Assembly (NCBI GenBank): GCA_963719225.1
Contig: CAVRAY010000001.1
Location: forward strand, 3,072,001 to 3,136,000
Direction of reading: 5' to 3'
DNA: 64,000 nt
Source of the DNA: Thermoanaerobaculia bacterium
GTDB lineage: Bacteria > Acidobacteriota > Thermoanaerobaculia > UBA5066
Shown here: in pieces, positions 18,154 to 28,008 of the stretch
How the letters are laid out: each line of letters starts with the position of its first letter
Position numbering within the stretch: the stretch's first letter is position 1
The notes under the pieces: generated by a model
Told to the model about the DNA's origin: nothing
Database searches by the model: none
Seen by the model: the letters and a program-made list of their open reading frames with translations, nothing else
Position numbers and translations under genes: made by a program

Positions 18154-19173
18154 TTACACGAGAACGGGAGGAGCGTCGCCCTCCGGCGCCACCACGACGG
18201 GCGAAGCGCCTTCTCCGCTCGTGACCGGCCAGAGCGAGACGAACGCGCCGGTCACGACGAGATCGTAGGCGACGCTCACGAGCATCTGGGCCATGACGAC
18301 GAGAACCGTTCCCGCGACGAACAGGGCGAGGGAACGCCCCGCGAAGAAAGAGACGGCGAAGCGCGGGACGACGAAGGCGAATCCCGTCACGAAACCGGCC
18401 GCGAGGGTCAACAGGTAGAGCAGCACGACGCGCGACAGCGACGCGCGCATGAGAGACACCGCGCGCGCCACGGCCTCCAGCGCGTCGACGTCGTCGGTCG
18501 CGGCGAGCCGGCACGAGACGAGATAGAGGACGCGCAAGGCGGCGGCCCCGCCGATGAAGAGAGGCAGGAAGAGAAGGAAGATCACGAGGGCCGTCGCCAC
18601 GACGCCGCCCCGCTCGCGTATCGCGCCGACGACGACGAGACCGAACGGCAGGAGAATCAAGAGCACGAGGAACGAGATCGCGAGCGCGTAGAGGTTCACG
18701 AGCGCGAAGACGCGGCCGAAGAGCCGGCGCGCCGACTCGCGAAAGACGGCCCAGACGCCTGGACGCCGGAACGCGGCCAGAAGGGCGTCCTCCGTCGCGT
18801 GCGCGTCGATCGAGACGAGGGAACCCACGATGCCGGCCCTCAGATAGGCCGCGAGGACCGTGAGGAGGAAGAGGAGGACGAGCAGCGCGAGGAGGCCGCC
18901 GATGAGGACGAACGGCGCGGCCAGGAGACCTTCGAAGAAACGTTCGAGGCGCGGCAGGAGCGACCCGGCGTCGCGCGCGAAGTCCGCCACCCGCGGGAAC
19001 CCGCGATGAGCTCCGGCGAAGCCCACGAGCAGGATGAAGACCGGGACCGCGACCGCGCCGACCGTCAAGGCGATGAACGCGAGCGGGGCGAGGATCAGGC
19101 CCGGATTCGCCACGACCGCCGAAAGCCCGCGCCGGAAGGCCTCCGGTGCCGAGCGCGGCGGCGCGGTCATCAC
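18154..19173 (-). CDS. Integral membrane protein (hypothetical)
   Basis: About six hydrophobic segments; GC3-rich codon usage. Confidence 0.75.
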   Translation of the reverse strand: MMTAPPRSAPEAFRRGLSAVVANPGLILAPLAFIALTVGAVAVPVFILLVGFAGAHRGFPRVADFARDAGSLLPRLERFFEGLLAAPFVLIGGLLALLVLLFLLTVLAAYLRAGIVGSLVSIDAHATEDALLAAFRRPGVWAVFRESARRLFGRVFALVNLYALAISFLVLLILLPFGLVVVGAIRERGGVVATALVIFLLFLPLFIGGAAALRVLYLVSCRLAATDDVDALEAVARAVSLMRASLSRVVLLYLLTLAAGFVTGFAFVVPRFAVSFFAGRSLALFVAGTVLVVMAQMLVSVAYDLVVTGAFVSLWPVTSGEGASPVVVAPEGDAPPVLV

Positions 19174-19174
19174 G

Positions 19175-19900
19175 TCAGACCTTGACGGCGCGCCACGCCC
19201 GGTAGTCGAGTCCGTCGAGCACGACGAGGTCGCACATTTCGTGGAGGCGGCTGCGCACCATCGCGCCGATCCGCATCTCCAGCGTCTCTTCGCCGGTGCG
19301 TGCGGGCGTGTCGGAATAGTTGGAGGTGACGATCGTCAGGCGCTGGCGGTTGTAGCGGGTGTTGATGAGCCCGTAGAGAACGTCCCGGACCCAGTCGGTG
19401 GGCCGGCGCGCCCCGAGCTCGTCGAGCACGAGCAGGTCGGCGTCGCGATAAGGGGCGAGGACGTCGTCGGCGTTGTCGGGATTCGTTCGCGAGAAGGTCG
19501 CCTGGATTCTCTCCAGGAGGTCGGAAAAGTCGCAGAAGAGACCCCGGACGCCCCAATCCTCGATCAACGTCTTGAGGATCGCCACGGAGAGATGCGTTTT
19601 CCCGACGCCGACGGGCCCTATGAAGAGGAGGCCGCGATCCCGCGTTTTCCATTCCTCGATGAACTTGCGTGCCACGAGGCTTGCGCGAATGTGGCTCTGC
19701 GAAGCTCCGGGACGCTTCAGGTCGTAGTTCTCGACCTTGCAGTTCAGATAGCGCTGGGGAATCTCCGCGGCTTTCAGGCGGGCTTCCGCGAGGCCGGCCG
19801 CCCGGCACCGGCAGGCGACGACACGGCCCTCGGGTGTCTCGAGGACGCCAAAGCCCTTGCACGCGGGACAGACTTCACCTTCGGGAGCGTTTGCGGCCAC
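19175..19900 (-). CDS. DnaC/IstB-like AAA+ ATPase (probable replicative helicase loader)
   Basis: N-terminal CPAC...CRC, Walker A GPVGVGKT, Walker B LLVLDELG, LINTRY...TIVTSN. Confidence 0.88.
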   Translation of the reverse strand: MAANAPEGEVCPACKGFGVLETPEGRVVACRCRAAGLAEARLKAAEIPQRYLNCKVENYDLKRPGASQSHIRASLVARKFIEEWKTRDRGLLFIGPVGVGKTHLSVAILKTLIEDWGVRGLFCDFSDLLERIQATFSRTNPDNADDVLAPYRDADLLVLDELGARRPTDWVRDVLYGLINTRYNRQRLTIVTSNYSDTPARTGEETLEMRIGAMVRSRLHEMCDLVVLDGLDYRAWRAVKV

Positions 19901-19916
19901 GGCGTGATTCTAGGAC

Positions 19917-20804
19917 TTAATTGAGGAATGCTTTCAAGGCGCGGCTCTTCATCGTGCGCTTGATGCGCGCGATGGCCTGCGCCTCGATCTGGCGCACGCG
20001 CTCCCGCGAGAGGCGCAGCTCCTCGCCGATCTCCTGCAGCGTCATCGGCTCGCGCTCGCCGTCCGAGCCGTCTTCGGGGATTCCGAACCGCCGGCAGAGG
20101 ATCGCGCGCTCCTTCTTCGGGAGGGACTCGAGGAGGTTTCGCGTCTGCTCCACGGACGAACGCTGGAGGAGCTGGTCGTCGGCGGCCGCGACGGTCGTCT
20201 GCTCGAGCGTGTCCCCGAGCGTGCGGTCCTCCTCGGCGCCGAAGAGCTCGGAGAGGGACTCGGAGCTGCGCGACATGGCCATGAGGTTCTCGGCCTCGTC
20301 CGGGCGGAGCCCGGCTTCCGTCGCGATCTCCTCCATCGTGGCTTCCCGTCCGAGCGACCTCGACAGCGCTTCCTTCACGCGTCCCAGGCGGGAATGGAGC
20401 GTGGCCTGCTTGTGCGGGAGCCGGATCGCCCCCCATTGCTCCGAGAGCGCGTTCGAGATCGCCTGGCGTACCCACCACACGGCGTACGTGATGAACTTGA
20501 CTCCGCGATCGGCGTCGAAGCGCCGGGCGGCCTGGATGAGCCCGATGTTGCCTTCGTTGATGAGGTCGAGGAACGAGATGCCCGGGGAATGGAACCGCTT
20601 CGCGTACGAGACGACGAACCTGAGGTTCCCGCGGACGAGCTCGTCGATCGCCTCGCGCCGGTCGTCCTCGGTGGTCTGGGCGCACTGGATGATCCGCCCG
20701 AGCTCCCGCTCACGTTCGGGCGTGAGGATCGCGTACCGCGCGATGTCGTCGAGATACTTTCTCAGGACCTTGGAGTCGTCTTCGGGACGCAGGCGCTGGC
20801 TCAC
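19917..20804 (-). CDS. RNA polymerase sigma-70 factor, RpoD/SigA family lacking region 1.1
   Basis: YLDDI, NLRFVVSYAKRF, DLINEGNIGLIQAARRFD, FITYAVWWVRQAI, TLQEIG...SRERVRQIE. Confidence 0.95.
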   Translation of the reverse strand: MSQRLRPEDDSKVLRKYLDDIARYAILTPERERELGRIIQCAQTTEDDRREAIDELVRGNLRFVVSYAKRFHSPGISFLDLINEGNIGLIQAARRFDADRGVKFITYAVWWVRQAISNALSEQWGAIRLPHKQATLHSRLGRVKEALSRSLGREATMEEIATEAGLRPDEAENLMAMSRSSESLSELFGAEEDRTLGDTLEQTTVAAADDQLLQRSSVEQTRNLLESLPKKERAILCRRFGIPEDGSDGEREPMTLQEIGEELRLSRERVRQIEAQAIARIKRTMKSRALKAFLN

Positions 20805-20846
20805 CGAAAGCGATTATGCCCTTCGCCGGCCGCTCGGGCGACTTCG

Positions 20847-21281
20847 TCAGCGGGTGTGGAGAACGATGGGACCGCGCGGGCGGACCGCGAGCGCCCGCGA
20901 CGCTTCCCCGCTCCGGGACGCGTGTTCCGCCGCGACCGCGCGGATCGAGTCCATCAGGCGGCCGACCTCGCCTTCCATGCGCTTCAGCCGCGACTTCAGC
21001 TCCAGGATCACCTCGACTCCCGCGAGGTTCACGCCCAGCTCGCGCGTGAGCGTGAGGATGATCTCGAGGCGCTCGACCGTCTCGAGATCGTAGAGGCGGG
21101 TGTTGCCGGAGGAGCGGGCGGGCCGGATGAGGCCCTCACGCTCATAGAGGCGCAACGTCTGCGGATGGACTCCGAACCGCCTCGCGACGGCTCCGATGAA
21201 GACGTAGGTCTCCCGCGGTCCCGGGGCCGGGTCGGGGGCCTCGGCGTCCGGCCGGGCCCCCTTGCCACGAGAAACCATCAC
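20847..21281 (-). CDS. hspR: MerR-family heat-shock repressor, HspR-like
   Basis: IGAVARRFGVHPQTLRLYEREGLIRPARSSGNTRLY...LGVNLAGVEVIL; immediately downstream of dnaK. Confidence 0.85.
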   Translation of the reverse strand: MMVSRGKGARPDAEAPDPAPGPRETYVFIGAVARRFGVHPQTLRLYEREGLIRPARSSGNTRLYDLETVERLEIILTLTRELGVNLAGVEVILELKSRLKRMEGEVGRLMDSIRAVAAEHASRSGEASRALAVRPRGPIVLHTR

Positions 21282-21287
21282 GCGACC

Positions 21288-23217
21288 TTATTTCTTCTGC
21301 TCCACGACCTCGGCGTCGATGACGTCGTCGGCCGGCTTTGAGGAAGGCGAGCCGCCGGGCTCCCCGCCCCCTTCCCCGCCCCCTTCGCCCGGACCGCCGC
21401 CCGCCGGGGCCGACTTGTAGAGCGCCTCGGCGATCTTGTAGCTGGCCTTCTGCAGATCCTGGGCGGCCTTCTTCAGGGCCTCGCCATCGCCCGCGCTCGA
21501 CTCGAGCACCTTCTTCGCGTCGGCGACCGCCGCCCGGACGGACTCCTTCTCCGCCTCCGGCACCTTGTCGCCGCTCTCGTCCACGAGCTTCTCCGTCGAA
21601 TAGATGAGGGCGTCGAGCGCGTTCTTGGCCTCGATCGCCTCGCGCCGCTTCTTGTCTTCCGAGCTGTGCGCCTCGGCGTCCTTGACGAACTTCTCGACTT
21701 CCTTCTTGTCGAGGCCCGACGACGACGTGATGCGTGATCTTCTGCTCCTTGCCCGTGCCCTGTCCTTTGCCGACACGTTCAGGATGCCGTTCGCGTCGAT
21801 GTCGAAGGTCACCTCGATCTGCGGCATGCCGCGTGGCGCCGGCGGGATCCCCACGAGGGGAAGACGCCGAGGAGCTTGTTGTCGCCGGCCATCTCGCGCT
21901 CGCCCTGCAGCACCTTGATCTCGACGGACGTCTGTCCGTCGGCAGCCGTGGAGAACGTCTCGGCCTTCTTCGTCGGGAATCGTCGTGTTGCGCTCGATGA
22001 GCTTCGTCATGACGCCGCCGAGCGTCTCGATGCCCAGGGAAAGCGGCGTCACGTCGAGGAGAAGCACGTCCTTCACGTCGCCCGCGAGGACGCCGCCCTG
22101 GATCGCCGCGCCGATCGCGACGACCTCGTCCGGGTTGACGCACTTGTGCGGCTCCTTGCCGAAGAAGTCCTTCACGAGCTGCTGCACCTCGGCATGCGCG
22201 TCTGGCCGCCGACGAGAACGACTTCGTCGATCTTCGAGGCATCGAGCCCGGCGTCCTCGAGCGCCTGCCGGCAGGGGCCGACCGTGCGCTGGAGGAGGTC
22301 GTCGACGAGCTGATTCGAGCTTCGCGCGCGTGAGCTTGACGTTGAGGTGCTTCGGCCCGGAGGCGTCGGCCGTGATGAACGGCAGGTTCACGTCGGTCTC
22401 GACGGTCGTCGAGAGCTCGATCTTCGCCTTCTCGGCTGCCTCCTTGAGCCGCTGCAGCGCCATCGGGTCCTTCGAAAGATCGATGCCCCTGATCCTTCTT
22501 GAACTCGTCTCGAGCCACTCGATGACGCGCTGGTCGAAGTCGTCGCCGCCGAGGTGCGTGTCGCCGTTGGTCGACTTGACCTCGAAGACGCCCTCGCCCA
22601 CCTCGAGGATCGAGATGTCGAACGTGCCGCCGCCGAAGTCGTAGACGGCGATCGTCTCGTTCTTCTTCTTGTCCAGGCCGTACGCGAGCGCGGCCGCCGT
22701 CGGCTCGTTGATGATGCGCTCGACCTTGAGGCCCGCGATCTGTCCCGCGTCCTTCGTGGCCTGGCGCTGCGCATCGTTGAAGTAGGCCGGCACGGTGATG
22801 ACCGCCTCGGTCACCTTCTCGCCCGAGGTACGTCCTCCGCGGCTCTCCTTGAGCTTCTGAGGATCATCGCGGAGATTTCCGGCGGGGATGTATTCCTTGC
22901 CGCCCACCTGGACGCGACGCGTCGCCGTTCGCGGAACGCACGACCTTGTAGGGCACCATCTTCATCTCGTCGCTCACCTCTTCGAATGCGGCGGCCCATG
23001 AACCGCTTGATCGAGTAGACGGTGTTCTCGGGTTCGTGACCGCCTGGCGCTTGGCGACCTGCCCGACGAGGCGTTCGCCGGCCTTGGTGATACGCGACGA
23101 CGGAAGGAGTCGTGCGTCCGCCTTCTGAATTCGCGATGACCTCGACCGGCTCCCGCCCTCGAGGACGGCGACGCACGAGTTCGTGGTGCCGAGGTCGATA
23201 CCGATGATCTTGCTCAT
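21288..23217 (-). pseudogene. dnaK: Chaperone DnaK with many frameshifts (likely sequencing/consensus errors)
   Basis: [66 protein letters not shown] and DAEVVE are spread over alternating frames. Confidence 0.9.
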
Positions 23218-23261
23218 TGCAGGTGTCCTCCGGACCCTGCCGTCGAAGCAGGTCCGGGCTA

Positions 23262-23290
23262 AATCTAGAATCTTAGCGTTCCATTGTCAA
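23262..23290 (-). promoter_or_regulatory. Sigma70-type promoter of dnaK (TTGACA-N17-TAGATT)
   Basis: On the minus strand TTGACA is at 23290-23285, followed by a 17-nt spacer and TAGATT at 23267-23262. Confidence 0.75.
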
Positions 23291-23335
23291 GTTCTATCTT
23301 ACAGACACCTACAGCGTCGCAGAAGATTCTATAAG

Positions 23336-24643
23336 TCATTCCACAATAACAATTTCCTTTGTCGATGGGTGCTGGATGTCGTCTCGCCGGGTGTCCCGAA
23401 GGACGACCGTCCGCGAGAAAAGGAGGTCCGGATCGGTTCGGCCGAGGGGATCGAAACCGACCAGATAGAACTTCTCGTCCCGTACGATGTAGCGGTAAGC
23501 GGCTCCCCAGGGATCACGGAGATCGGCCGGCGCCAGGATGTGCGAATCGACGAGCGCCTCGACCGTCTCCGGGAGGCGCCCGGAAAGAAGCGTGTAGGAG
23601 TCGACGCCCTCGGCAACCCTCCGGAGCTTGAGAAGCGACAGCGATTTCTTGAACCCATCGACGATCGGAACCCGGCGCGGAGGGAGCGTGAGCAGGTTGA
23701 AGGGATTTCGCGACTGGAACTTGAAGGCGAGGAGCGCGACCACCGCGAGAGCGAGCCCCGCCAGGAGGGCGAGGTCGAGGGGCCTGCGCACCGGCCGCGC
23801 GTGCGCGGGTGCGTCCGCGATGAGCGCTTCCTTGGGGAGCTCCTCGGGGCGCGGCGTCGACTCTTCGATGAGGCCGCGGCTCACGAGGTCGAAGCACGCC
23901 TTGCACCCGTCGAACTCCGAAAGGAAAGCCAGCTCGTTGATCTCGGCGACGGTCAAAACGCCGTCCACGAGCTCGTAGACGGACCATTCGGCGCGCGAGA
24001 CCCGGATCGGATCGAGTCTCTTCTCGCGGGCCCGCCGCGCGAGCGTGGAGTCCTCGACGTCTTCGACGGCGTCCTCGTCCTCCGCGGGGATGACCGGCTG
24101 CGCGACGGGAACCCTCTGGTACACGATGTCCAACGACCAGACGACCTTCTCGACGATCGGCCACTCGTCGATCATCCGGGCGCCTTCCATCAGGAGGCGC
24201 TCGACGGCGATGGGCGTCGTCGACTCGGCGTCGTAGTCGACCTGCTCGGTCTGCTCGAACACGTAGTCTCCGTCGGTCCACCGGAAGAGGCCGTAGGCGA
24301 TCCTCTTGATCTGGATGTCCAGCCCGTCGCGCAGGTCCTGCGCGGAGCAGAACCCGTTCTTCAGCAGAATGAAACCGAGCCGCTGCAACGTCTGGGCCTG
24401 TGTCTCGAGGGCTCGCGCGAGGGCTTCCGCCGTCAGCCGCCTCGTCTTGACGAGGACGGTTCCGAGGCGCGTGTCGAGCCGTTGCGCCGAGGACTCGGCC
24501 GTGACGAGCATCCCGTCGAGGAACCCGAGCGTGACGGTGTCCGCGGGTCCGTGCACCGTCAGGAGTCCGGTCTTGTGCTGAAGAGAGATCAGCTGCAGGA
24601 TGTCCGCCAGCGAGAAATCCCGGAGTGTGCCTTCGAGAGCCAT
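23336..24643 (-). CDS. DUF4388 domain membrane protein with C-terminal GspG/pilin-like segment
   Basis: MALEGTLRDFSLADILQLISLQHKTGLL (DUF4388), one TM segment, DPWGAAYRY. Confidence 0.8.
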   Translation of the reverse strand: MALEGTLRDFSLADILQLISLQHKTGLLTVHGPADTVTLGFLDGMLVTAESSAQRLDTRLGTVLVKTRRLTAEALARALETQAQTLQRLGFILLKNGFCSAQDLRDGLDIQIKRIAYGLFRWTDGDYVFEQTEQVDYDAESTTPIAVERLLMEGARMIDEWPIVEKVVWSLDIVYQRVPVAQPVIPAEDEDAVEDVEDSTLARRAREKRLDPIRVSRAEWSVYELVDGVLTVAEINELAFLSEFDGCKACFDLVSRGLIEESTPRPEELPKEALIADAPAHARPVRRPLDLALLAGLALAVVALLAFKFQSRNPFNLLTLPPRRVPIVDGFKKSLSLLKLRRVAEGVDSYTLLSGRLPETVEALVDSHILAPADLRDPWGAAYRYIVRDEKFYLVGFDPLGRTDPDLLFSRTVVLRDTRRDDIQHPSTKEIVIVE

Positions 24644-24646
24644 CCG

Positions 24647-26584
24647 TCAGGCCTTGTGCGTCGCGCTGACGAGTCCGATGATCCAGCCGGCGAGAGCGAC
24701 GGAAATCCAGAAGAACACGCCCGGAGTCCCGGCCGTGAGCGTCGGCCGCGGGAGCGTTGCGAGCGCATCACCGAAAAAGATCGCGAGAAGCCCGAACGCG
24801 AAGAGCCCGAAAGCGAGCACTGCGGACGCGAGCCGCGAGTCGAGGAACGCGGTCGAGCCGGGAAGCAGGCTGTTCAGGATCAGCTGGCTCCGCTCCTCGA
24901 ACGAGCGGCGCCGCCTGACGTCGTCGAGCTTCTGGAGCTTCGTCTCGATCGCGACGCCGTCCTTCTTGAGATACACGTGCACGCACTGCGAGCACAGGAG
25001 CGCGCTCTCTCCGGGCGGCTTGCAGAGCCGGCAGAAAGACCGCCCGCACTTCTGACACTCGGACGCGTAGCCGCGCCCCTGCCGGCGCGAGCGATCCAGA
25101 AGCACGGCGGCGACGATCGCGAGGAGAACTGCCCAGACGAGGGGAACGCCGACGTCCACCGAGAACGGCGTTCTCTTGAAGCGTGGAAGGCCGACTCCGT
25201 CCGCGAGCTGATAGCCCCGGTAGTGGCCCAGGAGCCGTCGGGTGCGGCTGTCGCGCTCCATCCGCTCGATCTTCCTCCGCGCCTCGTCCGGCGTGAAACC
25301 GATCGAGACGACTTTCACGAGGGTCGGCGTCTCCTGAAAGCTCTGGACGGTGTGCGCGTCCAGGGCCCGGGCCTCCTGGAGAGTCTCGGCGGCCTCGATC
25401 GTCCGGAAGGTCTCGGCGTAGAGAAGCGCGAGGTTGTACCGCGCCGCGATGCTGCGCCCATCCCGTTTCAGCGCCTCCTGGTAATCCTCCTGCGCGGAGC
25501 CCAGATCGCCGTCCACGAAACGGATGTTGCCGCGGTTCACGAGGCAGCGAATGTCGGCCGGGGCGATTCGAGAGCCTTCGGTGTACTCGGAGATCGCGCG
25601 GTCGTTCTGCCCGAGAGCCTGATAGAGGCGGCCCAGAACGAAACGGATGTCCGCGTCGTCGGGAATGATGGCCTTGGCCGCTTCCAGGTTGTCGAGGACC
25701 CGCTGATCGTATCGGGACTCGTGGAGCGCCTCGGCGGCGCGCAGGATCGGTGACGAGGTCATGCTCAGGTCGTACGCGACCCGGTCCAGCACGGGCAGGA
25801 GCAGCATCGAGAGTACGAGCGCGACGGATGTCGCGATTTTCTGCTCGAGGCTCGCGTAGCCGAAGAGAAGGACGAAGAGAAACAGGGCGAGCCACAGGAC
25901 GTCGAGCGAGAGGAGAAGAGGGGCCGCGAGAAAGGCGGCGACGGCGACGCCGGTCGCACGGCCGTGGAGGATTCCATCCGCCGACTCCCTCAGGTCGTGG
26001 ACGAGGCGGGGCCCGTGACGGACGAGGAGCACGAAGATGGCGGCGAGCGCGGCCGCGCAGGCGGTGAGCAGCAGGAGCAGGAAGAAACGGACGAGCACGA
26101 CGCGCCGCGACTCGCTGTCCGCGAAGGTCGCACGAAGCGCGCCGAGAAAGTCCGGGACGAGATCGCCCCAGGCACGCGACGACGCCGCGAGCGAGAGGCG
26201 CGCCCAACGCGGCTCGGGGAGGTCCGGATCGAGGCGTATGGCGGCCGTGAACGCCTCCCGCGCGATGCCCTTCTTGCCCGCCGCGAGCTCGCGGCGCCCG
26301 AGGAGAGTGGCGGACAGGGCAAGGTCGGTCATGCGCCGGATCTCGATCTTCTGGGCGTACTTGAGGATCTCCTCCACCTTCGCGCGCGCCAGCGGAGTGT
26401 CCCCTTCCTCCTGTGCGGCGAGCCAGCCGAACCACTGTCCTCGCACCAGCTTTCGGAACGCGGTCTGGTTCGATTCGCCGGGAGCGACGAGAACCTGGGA
26501 ACGGGCCGCGGTCGGGGGCAGGAGCGCGAGCAGGACGAGAAGGGACGCGGCGGCGCGCCCATGTCGGGTCATGCGGCGCTCCAC
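24647..26584 (-). CDS. Membrane TPR protein with C-terminal Cys-rich zinc-binding motif
   Basis: Signal peptide, TM segments, TPRs, CQKC...FCRLC...LCSQC. Confidence 0.8.
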   Translation of the reverse strand: MERRMTRHGRAAASLLVLLALLPPTAARSQVLVAPGESNQTAFRKLVRGQWFGWLAAQEEGDTPLARAKVEEILKYAQKIEIRRMTDLALSATLLGRRELAAGKKGIAREAFTAAIRLDPDLPEPRWARLSLAASSRAWGDLVPDFLGALRATFADSESRRVVLVRFFLLLLLTACAAALAAIFVLLVRHGPRLVHDLRESADGILHGRATGVAVAAFLAAPLLLSLDVLWLALFLFVLLFGYASLEQKIATSVALVLSMLLLPVLDRVAYDLSMTSSPILRAAEALHESRYDQRVLDNLEAAKAIIPDDADIRFVLGRLYQALGQNDRAISEYTEGSRIAPADIRCLVNRGNIRFVDGDLGSAQEDYQEALKRDGRSIAARYNLALLYAETFRTIEAAETLQEARALDAHTVQSFQETPTLVKVVSIGFTPDEARRKIERMERDSRTRRLLGHYRGYQLADGVGLPRFKRTPFSVDVGVPLVWAVLLAIVAAVLLDRSRRQGRGYASECQKCGRSFCRLCKPPGESALLCSQCVHVYLKKDGVAIETKLQKLDDVRRRRSFEERSQLILNSLLPGSTAFLDSRLASAVLAFGLFAFGLLAIFFGDALATLPRPTLTAGTPGVFFWISVALAGWIIGLVSATHKA

Positions 26585-26607
26585 CGACGCAGAGGTCCCG
26601 GAGGACC

Positions 26608-27060
26608 TCAGCCGCGCCTCGCCGGGGGAGGCGGAACGGGGGACTTGGGCTTCGAAGCGCCGGCGAGCCGCGTGAAGGCGAGCTGAAGCTCGCCGAGCAG
26701 CCCGTCGAGCGCATCGGACTCCTCGAAAGAAAGCCGCGCGCGCGTCTTCTCGCGAAGCGCGAGGAGCGAATCGACGATCTGCCTCGCCCCCGCGAGATCC
26801 GGCTGCCGTCGTCCCGTCGCGGGGTCGGGAAAACCTTCCATGTAGAGGGCCGCCGTCTGCGCCAGCATGTCGAGCAGGCGAAGGAACGCCGGGCTCGTCA
26901 CCGGAGCCGCCTCGGCGGGCGATGGTGTCGGCGGGGCGGGCGCCGGCTCGGGGACCGGGTCGGGCGCCGCGAGCTCCGCTTGCGCTTCCGCGCGCACTTC
27001 ACCGTCGGCCGTGAAAAGGCGGCGATCCACGACCTTGATCGGTTTCTCGGATTCGGACAT
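26608..27060 (-). CDS. DUF1844 domain protein
   Basis: IKVVDRRLFTADG...DLAGARQIVDSLLALREKT...LLGELQLAF. Confidence 0.8.
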   Translation of the reverse strand: MSESEKPIKVVDRRLFTADGEVRAEAQAELAAPDPVPEPAPAPPTPSPAEAAPVTSPAFLRLLDMLAQTAALYMEGFPDPATGRRQPDLAGARQIVDSLLALREKTRARLSFEESDALDGLLGELQLAFTRLAGASKPKSPVPPPPARRG

Positions 27061-27110
27061 AAATCCCCTCGGGTCAGCGTATTTTACGTAAACGCCGGGA
27101 GGTTGCGCGC

Positions 27111-27920
27111 ATGGAAGATTCGGATGCCGCCGGGGCTCTCGTCGCGCTCATGGAAAGGCTCCGAAACGAGTGTCCGTGGGACCGGAAACAGACTCCCCGC
27201 GACCTCGCCGGCTATCTTCTCGAGGAGTGCTACGAAGTCCTCGAGGCTCTTGCCCGCGAGGACTGGCGCGAGCTGGAAGGCGAGCTGGGCGATCTCCTCT
27301 TCCAGATCGTCTTTCTCGCCAAGCTCGGCGAGGAGCGCGGCGCTTTCGACTTCTCGAGCGTCGCCCGTCGCATCCACGACAAGATGGTCGCCCGCCACCC
27401 GCACGTCTTCGGCGAGGCGGCGGTGCGGGACGCCGAAGGTGTCCGCGTGCAATGGGAGGAGCTCAAGCGCAGGGAGCGCGAGAAGGAAGGCCGCCCGCCC
27501 TCTCCGTTCGACGGAGTCCCGCGCGCCCTTCCCGCGCTCCTGAAGGCGGTACGCCTGACGTCGCGCGCCGCCGATCTCGGTTTCGACTGGGAGCGCGACG
27601 CGGACGTCCTCGTCAAGCTCGACGAGGAGGTCGCGGAGTTCAAGGCGGAGCTGCTGGCGCCCGGCGGAAAACGAAAAGAGCGCGTGGCGGCCGAGATCGG
27701 CGACCTCCTCTTCACCGTCGTGAACGTCGCCCGGCGCCACGGCGTCGATCCCGAAGCCGCGCTCCAGGGCACGAACGACAAGTTCCGGCGCCGCTTCGAG
27801 GAAGTGGCGCGGCGGGCGAAGGCGGTCGGGAAAGAGGTCAAGACGACTCCCCTCGCGGACCTCGACGCGCTGTGGAATGCGGTCAAGATCGAGGAAAGAG
27901 AGAAAGAGAAAGATTCTTAG
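27111..27920 (+). CDS. mazG: Nucleoside triphosphate pyrophosphohydrolase MazG
   Basis: CPWDRKQT, LLEECYEV, ELGDLLFQ, RHPHVF, GFDW, EIGDLLF, NDKFRRRF. Confidence 0.96.
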   Translation: MEDSDAAGALVALMERLRNECPWDRKQTPRDLAGYLLEECYEVLEALAREDWRELEGELGDLLFQIVFLAKLGEERGAFDFSSVARRIHDKMVARHPHVFGEAAVRDAEGVRVQWEELKRREREKEGRPPSPFDGVPRALPALLKAVRLTSRAADLGFDWERDADVLVKLDEEVAEFKAELLAPGGKRKERVAAEIGDLLFTVVNVARRHGVDPEAALQGTNDKFRRRFEEVARRAKAVGKEVKTTPLADLDALWNAVKIEEREKEKDS

Positions 27921-27976
27921 AAAGGAAGAGGGACAACGCGCCGCAGGGCGTCCTGCCCTATTCACCTTCTAAGAAA
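27914..27976. repeat. Palindromic dispersed element, copy 1
   Basis: TTCTTAGAAAGG...TTCACCTTCTAAGAAA arms; related copies at about 52479 and 54407. Confidence 0.65.
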
Positions 27977-28008
27977 AAACAACCGCGCCTTGGCTCCGTC
28001 GAAGCAGG

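Noticed and set aside
19175-19900. IS21 element or prophage suggested by the IstB-like ATPase
   Set aside because: There is no istA transposase, terminal repeats or phage genes; the N-terminal Cys motif and housekeeping context fit a DnaC-like loader.
21288-23217. Programmed frameshifting or phase variation in dnaK
   Set aside because: The indels are too many and are not tied to slippery homopolymers; an artefact is the simpler explanation.
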